Shown here one piece after another: positions 27,554-36,694 of a DNA stretch of 64,000 nt. The translations under genes were made by a program, and so were the position numbers. Where the stretch lies: NCBI GenBank assembly GCA_043228905.1, contig JBHGNT010000021.1, positions 5,890,001-5,954,000 of the forward strand, read 5' to 3'. The notes below the pieces were generated by a model. The model was not told the origin of the DNA, ran no database searches, and saw only the letters and a program-made list of their open reading frames with translations. The stretch's first letter is position 1. Each line of letters starts with the position of its first letter. Origin of the DNA: Azolla caroliniana (taxonomy: Eukaryota > Plantae > Polypodiophyta).

Positions 27554-29670
27554 TCTCGGTTCTCGCCACCGAGGGATTCGCGGTTTCGCTCGTGGTTCGG
27601 CTGCACCGTCAGAAATTGGACTAAATGGCGCCCGTCCTGGCTTTTGACCCTCGCGTAGGCCGAACCGTTGTCCAGCACCTTGGTCTCCATTCGCGCCGCC
27701 GTGATGTATGGTTCCCCTAATATGACTGGGTGCGAGGACGTCTCCTGTACGAAGAAGTGCTGGTCAATCTCGACGTCGCCGATCTTGACTCGCACGTTCG
27801 GGCAGGCCCCGTGCAGTTCCTCGGTGGCACGCGTTGCCGCCCGTATCTTCCACCCATGCTTGGTGTTGATCGGCCATTTTCCCTTCTTGTAGAAGTCCAT
27901 GGACATCAGGTTTATTTCCGAACCGTGGTCCACCAGTGCCACCACCGGTTCCTGGACATCTCCGATCTTTACCGGGGTCTCTGTGGTCGCTCGAGCCCAG
28001 TGTGGCCTCGAATAGTGGCTCTCCGCCCACTCATCTTCCAGCACCATGTCGTCGATGTGCATCGTCCGCACCTCCACCGGTCTTTCCAGTTCCGTCTCCG
28101 TCGACAGCCTCTTCCGCTTCACCAAGTCCACAATGGAGTCGTGGAACTCCTTCTTAGCGATCCCTAGCACCTCCCGCAATGACAGCTCCACTTTGCTGTC
28201 GAGGATCCGTTCTTCTAGGACCTTTCGTAGGTCCGTGGCCCTTTCTATTTCCGTCCCCAGTCGGTATCCACCCTTCCTGGGGCTATCTTGCGCGCTGGAC
28301 CCACCGGCTTCGTTCTGTCGTTGCCCGAATCGGGTCTCGTATCGTTGTGAGGGCCCGTCCACTCCGGCTTTCCCCACTTGTTTGTCTTCTACCAGAGCCT
28401 CGTAGTTCCGGCAGGCGGCTTCTACGAAGCCCGTCTTCTCCTCGACCAGGTCGCTCCACCCGGTTATTTCCCGGACCCGTCTCTCAGCGCGGTCTGCTTC
28501 ATCTTTCCTCAGTTGTGCGCCGGCGAGGCCTTCTAGCATTGCCGACCAAAATCCGTCTTTGCTCTCCTTTCGGGCCTCGCTGCCCCCGACCCGAATGCCG
28601 GCCGACGCCGAGTAGTGGATGGCCTCCACGTGTCGGGCCGCTGCCTCTTCCATCAGTCTCTTCATACCTCCTCGCCCGTCGTTTCGGTTTAGGGCCCTTC
28701 TGGTGTCGCTGGCATGCACCCGGCCTTCCCACAGGTACACCACCCGGTTCCTCAACGTCTCTGCGAAATCGCCGCAGTCCTTCCGGATGTGGCCGACCTC
28801 GTCGCACCACATGCACCTGTTCCCTGCTGCCGGCCGTCGGTTACGAGCCAGTTCGCCGCCTTCCCTTCGAGCCTGGGCGATTTGGAGATCCTTTATCGCC
28901 CGCGTCAACTCCTCCAGCGTTGCTCCTCCGGACGAGCCATTGACCATGCCGGTCGAAGCCGAACCGGTTTCGAGCCACTCCTGGGTCTCTTCCCTTCGCC
29001 CTTGCGGTGCTGGTTCAAGCCACCTTGCTGTGACCGAGCCGGCACCGGCCGCCCCGTTATCAGCCCATTCTCGCCGTTTGTCGAAACGGCTACGGACTCT
29101 CTTAACCGCAACCCAGTCGGTCATCAGCCCGTCTTCGGTTTCCAGCAAGGAGCCGACTTGATCCCGGTCCCGCTCGTCCACCGACTTGACGAACAGTAGG
29201 ACCCGGCTCGTATCCAGAACGGTTCGGTCAAGCGCCGAAAGTCGCGCAAAGCGTTCCTCAAACTCCCGGAGGAGTGCCGACGCGTTTCTTCCCTTGCCGG
29301 GGGACTCCACCCATTCCATGAAGTCCCGTTTCGAAAGCCGGAGCGCGTCGTCCAACCCGTATTTTTCTAGGAGTCGGCCTTCGAACTCCTCCCAGGTACG
29401 GCTCTCCGCCCGTACCTCGAGCACCTCCGCATGGATGCTCGGCATCGCCACTCGAGGGAACCCGGCAAGACGCCTCTCTTCCGGAATGTCCCACATCAAC
29501 ATTTCTGCCCTGTAGGACGCCAAATACTTCGTGGCATCCTTTCCGCTGAACCGGCCGATCGTACCGACGACCACCTCAATGGCTGTATCGAGGGCGCCGG
29601 TGCCCTCGCGTGCACTCAATATTCGATCCACGGCCGAAGCCATGGCCTCCGCAAGATCCGACCCCTTCAT
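27544..29670 (-). CDS. Gypsy C Gag-protease ORF
   Basis: ATG shortly after the PBS (MKGSDLAE), CCHC knuckle CMWCDEVGHIRKDC, protease LVDHGSEINLM...VILGEPY; ends EDF*. Confidence 0.88.
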   Translation of the reverse strand: MKGSDLAEAMASAVDRILSAREGTGALDTAIEVVVGTIGRFSGKDATKYLASYRAEMLMWDIPEERRLAGFPRVAMPSIHAEVLEVRAESRTWEEFEGRLLEKYGLDDALRLSKRDFMEWVESPGKGRNASALLREFEERFARLSALDRTVLDTSRVLLFVKSVDERDRDQVGSLLETEDGLMTDWVAVKRVRSRFDKRREWADNGAAGAGSVTARWLEPAPQGRREETQEWLETGSASTGMVNGSSGGATLEELTRAIKDLQIAQARREGGELARNRRPAAGNRCMWCDEVGHIRKDCGDFAETLRNRVVYLWEGRVHASDTRRALNRNDGRGGMKRLMEEAAARHVEAIHYSASAGIRVGGSEARKESKDGFWSAMLEGLAGAQLRKDEADRAERRVREITGWSDLVEEKTGFVEAACRNYEALVEDKQVGKAGVDGPSQRYETRFGQRQNEAGGSSAQDSPRKGGYRLGTEIERATDLRKVLEERILDSKVELSLREVLGIAKKEFHDSIVDLVKRKRLSTETELERPVEVRTMHIDDMVLEDEWAESHYSRPHWARATTETPVKIGDVQEPVVALVDHGSEINLMSMDFYKKGKWPINTKHGWKIRAATRATEELHGACPNVRVKIGDVEIDQHFFVQETSSHPVILGEPYITAARMETKVLDNGSAYARVKSQDGRHLVQFLTVQPNHERNRESLGGENREDF

Positions 29671-32600
29671 CTTCTGCTCTTCTGCCGCCTCGTTCACGTC
29701 GGGTTCACCAAGATGTCGAGGTATTCCTCGCGGATGCGTGGAATGAGGCGAGGCCTCGGGGGTCTTGTACCGAAGAGCAAGAGACAAAGGAGAAGGGAAG
29801 GGACCCACTACGTGTGGGCGTAGATTCACAGGGACATGGCCCTTCGACACAAAGACGCGAGTGGGACACTGACGTAGAGAGACACGAATGTATGTATATA
29901 TATATTAACAAGGACAAACAACAAGAAGCCCGAAGTCGGTTACAACCGAACAGGCCGGCAAACAGATGCCGATGCCTGTTCATAAACGCTCAGAAAGAAA
30001 GGAGTAGGTTGGAGGTGTTGCCGGAAGCACTCGGGCATTCCTCAGAGCATCGCGAGCCTCCCGAAAACCTGCACAGGAAGAAGCTACGGAGTATGGAAGA
30101 GAGAGAAGCCTTCGGCCGACAACCCGACAACACTTCGTCCTCTCTAACCGCGATCCCCTCCTCCTCCTCGTCTCCCCCCTTTTATAGGCAAGAAAGGAGC
30201 CGTTTCCCATTAACTTCCTTCCTACCGAATCTACCTACCTAGGATCTTCTATGTACCTAATTCTCTCTTATGTACAACATAAGGCGCACGTGCATGAAGA
30301 GCCGGTTCCTACGCTCCGGTGCACCGATTCCGCTTGTGGACGGTTTTCTTCATGACACCGGCTCGCAAACGCTTCGGCAAATTCGTCCACGCTCGGACCG
30401 ATTCCGGCATTTCGAATTGTCACCTTGTTGACGGGTTGAAGATCTTTTATGAATCGCAATGATCCATTCTTCTTCGGCACCGTGAACCACCTATTGGAAT
30501 AAGGAGCATTCGACGGTTTTAGAATTCCCATACTCACCTTCTCCTTTAAGAGCTCGATCAGCTTCGGAAGGTGTGCTCTCGGAACCGGTATCGGTTTCAA
30601 ATTCCAAGGCACATGAGGCACCGTGAAGATCACCATCGGCTCTATAACCTTTGGGTTGACGCATCCGATTTCTCGTGGGAAGAATGCGAAAGCCTTCCCA
30701 TGTCTCTCAAGCATATCGCGAAACATTCGGTCCTCTTCAGGGAGAAGGAAATTCTCCTTTCCAACTCGTAGCTTCCCCTTCGTCTCTTTGGTGAAGACAT
30801 GACCTATCTTCTTCGGATCTCTTAAGCTTGGATCGTTAGCGACTTCCTTCATCTTTTGCCAGCTATCTTCCGGTAGCGGAACCGCAACTAGCTTGATCTT
30901 CTTATCCACCGTTTTATATTTCGTGTTGATGTCAGCTTCCTTCATCGAGATGCCACGACGGTATTCATCGATGATAGCGTACATGTTGACGGAGATAACC
31001 GAAATCACGCATTGGTTGTGAAGATAGCTCAAGTCCACGACGTCCTCGATTTCGCCGATGGTGTCGTTAAATGAGGCTTCTTCCATAATATGAGTCACGA
31101 ACTCCCCTTCTTCTATTATGTTCTCTTCTTTCAGCATCTTCTCGAATTCTTGTATCCGGTGCTTGTGCTTCTTGTCGGGTAGTACTAGTTTACATGCGCC
31201 ACTAGGTGTGACACATGTTGCTTCTCCTTGCAATCCACACACTCTTCTTTCTTGTGGGGTCTTGTGATTGCTCGGACTATTTGTGCCCCATGCTTCAATA
31301 GTCCGCTCTAAAAATCCGAGGATTCGCCTCCGAGACTATCTCGATTCCTTTCATGATTGGCTCGCACCGTTAGGAATTGGACCGATCTTTGGTTGTCAAG
31401 ACTCTTTATTCATGCGAAGGCTGCTCCATTATCGAACACTCTGGTTTCCATCCGAGATGATGTGATATAAGGTTGCCCTAGGATGACAGGATGCGACGCC
31501 GATTCTTGTACGAAGAAGTGTTGATCCATCTCCACATCCCCGATCGTGACTTTGACATTGGGACAAGTTCCGTACAAGTCCTCCGTAGACTTTGTTGCCG
31601 TGCGAATCATCCATCCGTGGTTTGTATTGATTGGCCATCTTCCCTTTTTGTAGAAGTCGGTTGACATGAGGTTGATCTCCGAGCCGTGGTCGATCAAGGC
31701 TACAACAGTCTCTTTCTTCTCCCCGATCTTCACCGGCGTCTCCGTTGTCGCTCGTGCCCAATGAGGTCGAGTGTAGTGGCTGTCCACCATATCTTCAACG
31801 ATTTCGTCTCTTGCCATCGTTATGGCATTCGTTTTTGCTTTTTGCGGCTTCTCTTCTTCCTCGTCCGATTGTTGTCTCTTTCTCTTTACAAGGTCCACGA
31901 TCGTGTCATGGAACTCCTTCTTCGTAATGCCAAGCAATTCCCTCAAGGACAAAGTTACGTGGCTATCAAGAACTCGTTATTCGAGAATCTTCTTTAGGTC
32001 CGTCGTCTTCTCTATGTCCGAGCTTAGCTTATAGGTAGGTATAGTCCTTGTCCTCCGAGTGGGGTCTTCGACACCAACCTTCACGGGCCGCATTGTTTCT
32101 TCAACTCGTATGCTCGGCTCCCCTTTTCGGCTTGATTCTCGTTCCTCCGATTGTAAAGGTCGACTCGTCTCCGCATCGTCCTTCTTTTTCGCGTTCCTTG
32201 TTTCATGTCTTTTAGATGGGCCTTGCTCTTCTATTCTCTTTCTCTTTTCTTCGACGAACACCTCGTGGTTGTCGCACATCACCTCTGCGAGTATGGTGTT
32301 GTCGTCCACCGGATCCGACCACCCGGTTATGCTTTGCACGCTTCGGTCCGCAAGCTCTACCTCGTTCGATGTGATTTTTCCCTTCTTCTCATATTCGAGA
32401 ACGGAAGTCCAAAACTTTGCTCCCGCTCTAGCAGCTTCAGTCTTGTCTTTCCCGACTCTTATTCCGGCCGACGCAGCATAGTGCATCGCATCCACATGAG
32501 TCGCATCGGCATCCTCCATAGATCTCTTCATTCCTCCTCTTCCGAAATTCACCCGTAGGGGTCTTCTAGTCTCGCTTGAGCAGATCATGTATACGATATT

Positions 32601-34435
32601 TTGTCGAATCGCCTCTCGAAGGCTCGCACAATCCCTTCTCATGTGGTCCATGCTATCGCACCACACGCATCTAAAGGGTTCTTTTCCTTTAGGGCCCCGA
32701 CGATTCATGTTGGCTAGCGTGACCTTCTTGAACTTCTTCGCTAGCTCTTCAATCATGTCGTCATCAATCTTCTTTTCTTCCACGTTACTTTGTCTCAGCG
32801 GCTCAGCTACTTTCGGCGGTCTTGCTTTCTCCGTGGTAGTCGGTCCCGTCAAGTCGGTGTCATCAACCCATTGGCGACGCTTGTCGAGCCTATTGCATGC
32901 CCACTTCACCGCGATCCAATCCGCTATGAGCCCATTTGCTTGGGTATCATCTTTGAGAAGAGTCCCCAACTCCCGTCTATCCTTTATGTCCATAGCCTTC
33001 AAGAAGTACAAAGTCTTGTCCTCTTCAAGCAATACTTGATCCGTATTGGGGAGACGACTAAACATCTGGTCGAATTCGTCGTACACCCTCGAGACGCTCA
33101 TCTTCTTATTCTTCTTCTCTATCCACTTCATTAAGGCATGTCGAGTCATCCTCGTTGAGTCTTCAGTCACGAACTCCGCTAGTATCGTTTTCTCGAACTC
33201 GGACCATGTTGTCTTTCCTTCTTGAAGCTCGATGACGCGTCTTTGGATGTTGTTGGCGACAACTCTCTTGAAGCTTGCGATTTGACGTGCCTCGGACACG
33301 TCCCTTTGATTCATCTCCCTCTTATATGCATCAAGGAACTTCGTAACGTTCCTTCCATCGAATTGGCCCTCGAGCTCTACGACACGATCGACAGCCTTCT
33401 CCACGCTCGTGTCGTTGTCCCGAGATCTCATCATTTGCTCGACGATTAGCATCATCCTTTCGAGCTCTCCTGCTTGGTTGCTTGAGGACGCCATCTCCAA
33501 GTATTAATCTCGACTTGATCCTTCCTACCGCCTCTTTCACGTCGGGTTCACCACTTAATTATGTCGTGAAGATCCGTCACTACGCGCGGATCGTGAGGCG
33601 GAACCGCTGGGGTTCTGGACCAAAAGGATTTAGAGTCGATACAAGCTTTGGCGAGAAAGTGTTGAGAACTTGACGTTCCTTATGTCCAACGCTCGGCCAC
33701 AACCGAGATTCTTTACATACACAGAAAAAACAGGTAATGAAACGCGACACAAAAAAAAGAGGAGAAATGGTACACAGGAGGTATACGTGGAAAACCCCAA
33801 AATAGGGGAAAAAACCACGGCAGCCCACAAGCTGCAAACTGTCACTATGTAGAAATATACAACAGTGAGATCACTGAGGCAACGACCTCGTGCTCTCGGA
33901 TCTTCGCCACAGGCGGCGGTTACAACAGAGGCAACGACCTCGTCTCTCTCTCTCTCTCTCTGTACAGTTACGTGCTCTGATTTCTTCTTGCACCAACAAC
34001 AAAGAATCACTACTACTCCCTAAGAAAAACTAAAAGTTTGCCCTAAGTCATATTTATACTAATATGACTTTTCGGCTATTTACAAATGTAGCCTCGATGG
34101 GCTCCATCCGGCTCTCCGCAGTCGGGTACTCCTCATCCGGTTCATACCGGGCCTACACCATCCGACTCTCCGCAGTCGGGTACTCCTCATCCGGTTCATA
34201 CCGGGCCTACACCATCCGACTCTCCGAAGTCGGGTTCTCCCCATCCGGTTCATACCGTTTCTTTAGTACTTGTGGGCCGTATGGCCTAAGCGAGGAGTGC
34301 GAGCGTATAACCTTCGGCGGTTGGATAGTTAGGGTAAATAGTATGGTAACTAAAGAATAGTATAAAAGAGAGTAGTAGGGGAGGAGAAGAGAGAGAGAGA
34401 GAGAGAGAATTCAAATTTCAATTTATGTAAGAAAA

Positions 34436-34488
34436 GGTCTTTTGGCAAACATGTTTCGCTCTATTTGAGCTCATCAGTGCTAAAGACC
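34436..34488 (-). ncRNA. Minimal type I hammerhead ribozyme
   Basis: Minus strand reads GGUCUUUAGCA-CUGAUGA-GCUC(AAAUA)GAGC-GAAA-CAUG-UU^UGCCAAAAGACC: intact core, stem II, palindromic minimal stem III (ACAUGU), stem I. Confidence 0.88.
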
Positions 34489-34714
34489 ATATACAAAAAT
34501 GTGAGAGGCTTATATAGGGGAAGATGCAAGAAGAGTGAAGGGGAGTGGTGGGTATGGATGAGAGGGGATTTGAATGTGTATAAAGGAGGATGTGGGAGTT
34601 AGGGAGGTAGTGAATGTAGAGAGGGATAGCTTAATGAGTTTGATGGTAAGGGATGATTTGGGGATCTATTATATTTAGTTCTAGTAGAATGATAGCAATA
34701 GTAAGTGTGATGTT

Positions 34715-36640
34715 TTAATGAGGATTTGGGGATCTAATATATTTAGTTTTGACTAGATAAGAATAGAGTGATTTGGACTTGGTCCAACATATGAAAGGCT
34801 TAGGAATGTTTTTTAGTTGGGGATCTAGGCTAAGGTCGGTGTGTAAGTCTTTTAAGAACGAGTGGATACCTAATTTAGGGGAGTTTTTAGAGTACCTAAG
34901 CTTGAATATGGTAGGTGTAAGGGAAGATTTGTTTTTATGCTTATGGATGAGAGTATTCCTAAGGGAGAAAGGATGTTTATTAAAGGCTTTAAGGATGAAA
35001 TTTGGTGGGTAACCTCGGCTAATGAGTCTAAGGAAGAAACGTTTTTTCATTTCTAGGTACCCTATAGGTGTGCTTTCTCTAACTAGGTAGCGTTTTAATT
35101 CGTTCGAAATAAAATTTTGTTTGACGTGTATAGGATGGTCTGAGGAGAAGGGAAGATATTGATAGGAATTTAATGGTTTTTGGAAACAATTGAAAGAGAA
35201 CTTAGAGTACTCTAGATTGATCCAAATATCCAAGAAAGGGAGCCTAGTGGGGGATGTATGGATCGTAAGTTTAATAGAGTTATTGGTCATAAGGCTATAG
35301 AAACTGAGGTAGTCTAAGAGTTGGGGTTTCGTACCTGTCCAAACCCCGAATGCATCATCTATGTACCTAGTAAAATAGAAGAGATGGGGTGTGGTTTGTG
35401 AGTTTTCTAGGTGTGATAAGAAAAGGCATGCATAGACAACTGAGAAGTTGCTACCCATGGCCGTTCCTTTGATTTGTTGGTATACTTGGTTATCGAAGGT
35501 TAGATAGTGATACTCTAGGGTTAGAGCGCTAAGGGTATAGATAAGATTGGTCTTGGCTAAGGAAAAATGGGGAGAGATGATATGGCGAAGTGCTTTGAGT
35601 CCTAACTTAGGGGGGATGCTAGGATAAAGGGATTCTACATCAAAAGAGAAGATGAAACTGTTAGGAGGGGGGGTTAGTTGTTCTAGTTTCTGGATGAGTG
35701 AGTGTGAGTCTTTTAGGTATTGTTTTTGGAGTACTAGGATGGGTAATAGTTGAAAATGTAGCCATTTCGAGGTTTGCTCGAATATCGAGTTATTATAAGA
35801 ACAGATGGGTCTAAAGCTAATGGGTGTTTTATGGAGTTTAGGGAGAAAGTAAATATTAGATACTTGATATCCCTTTACAGGTTTATGGAGTATGTAATTA
35901 GCTTCGATAAATGAAAGTGTCCCTAGATTTTTTTGCACTATACTATTTAGGCGATATAAGAGTTCTTCTAATGGAAAATGGGTTACTTTTCTATAGGTGG
36001 TGGTATCCGAGAGGTGATTTATAGCTTTTTCATAATAGGTATCTTTGTCTAGAACACATACTCCCATGTTCTTATCAGCCGGAAGAACGATAATTTGGTT
36101 GTTTTTCCTAAGGCTCTTAAGGGCTGTGCGAAGGTGAAATGGTGTCCTAACGGGTTTGGGTTTAGGTTGTTGGAGTTTAGACAAAAGGAGGGTTTCATGT
36201 TTTTTAATAATATTTTCAAGAGGGGGATATTGAGATGGTGGATTCCAGTTAGGATTTGGTAGTTTAAATGGATTAAGGGGGGGTGAGTCCATGTCTCTAA
36301 AGAAATGTTTTAAACGTAAAGATCTACTTAAACTGGCAAATTCTTTAATGATAGTATTAGTGGAAGGTAGAGAGGATGGTGGAATGTATTTGAGTCCTAA
36401 GCTTAGTAATTGTGTTTCATTATTTGTAAGGGGGTGTTTAGATAAATTGTGAATTTTACTTTCTATTCGAAGGGTAGCACTAAGTGGTTTCCAAAACTTT
36501 TTTCGTAGTCTATTACTATTGGATTTTTTATGGCGTGGGCGGAAGGGGAAAGATGTATTTGTATTACCTAACCACATAAAAGTGTCTGGGGTGGAGGTGG
36601 TCCTATTAAGAAGATAAAATAGGCGTCTACAAGGATGCAC
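34715..36640 (-). CDS. Penelope-like reverse transcriptase (ORF2; no AUG start, probably expressed by -1 frameshift)
   Basis: PLE motifs HNLS..LT...LLSLGLKY, VLPADKNMG, YFLPKLHK, FRPICS, SFDVESLYPSIP, QQIKGTAMGS, RYIDD, PFLD, YLPFSSDHP, RGYP. Stops right after the thumb; no GIY-YIG follows. Confidence 0.93.
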   Translation of the reverse strand: MHPCRRLFYLLNRTTSTPDTFMWLGNTNTSFPFRPRHKKSNSNRLRKKFWKPLSATLRIESKIHNLSKHPLTNNETQLLSLGLKYIPPSSLPSTNTIIKEFASLSRSLRLKHFFRDMDSPPLNPFKLPNPNWNPPSQYPPLENIIKKHETLLLSKLQQPKPKPVRTPFHLRTALKSLRKNNQIIVLPADKNMGVCVLDKDTYYEKAINHLSDTTTYRKVTHFPLEELLYRLNSIVQKNLGTLSFIEANYILHKPVKGYQVSNIYFLPKLHKTPISFRPICSYNNSIFEQTSKWLHFQLLPILVLQKQYLKDSHSLIQKLEQLTPPPNSFIFSFDVESLYPSIPPKLGLKALRHIISPHFSLAKTNLIYTLSALTLEYHYLTFDNQVYQQIKGTAMGSNFSVVYACLFLSHLENSQTTPHLFYFTRYIDDAFGVWTGTKPQLLDYLSFYSLMTNNSIKLTIHTSPTRLPFLDIWINLEYSKFSFNCFQKPLNSYQYLPFSSDHPIHVKQNFISNELKRYLVRESTPIGYLEMKKRFFLRLISRGYPPNFILKAFNKHPFSLRNTLIHKHKNKSSLTPTIFKLRYSKNSPKLGIHSFLKDLHTDLSLDPQLKNIPKPFICWTKSKSLYSYLVKTKYIRSPNPH

Positions 36641-36694
36641 GGCGTGTCTAAAGTGTTTGTTAACACGCTTAGCACGCCGTGCTAGTCGTTTTTT
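36637..36694 (-). promoter_or_regulatory. Programmed -1 ribosomal frameshift signal between PLE ORF1 and RT
   Basis: In-frame A_AAA_AAC (36694-36688), 5-nt spacer, hairpin GCACGGCGUG-CUAAG-C-GUGUU(AACA)AACAC-UUUAG-A-CACGCCGUGC; the -1 frame is open into RT. Confidence 0.82.

Larger units (their letters stand above)
23333..30357 (-). mobile_element. Ty3/Gypsy element C, full-length (7.0 kb), inserted in the RT of B
   Basis: 644-bp LTRs at 23333-23976 and 29714-30357 (about 16 differences by eye, mostly transitions); TSD CCGG; PBS 29693-29710; host frame AFAS-RSIY restored on removal; pol has premature stops. Confidence 0.95.

Noticed and set aside
29671-29850. N-terminal extension of Gypsy C gag into the LTR
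   Set aside because: Runs through U5 and the PBS; related element A starts gag at the equivalent M(R/K)GSDLAE.
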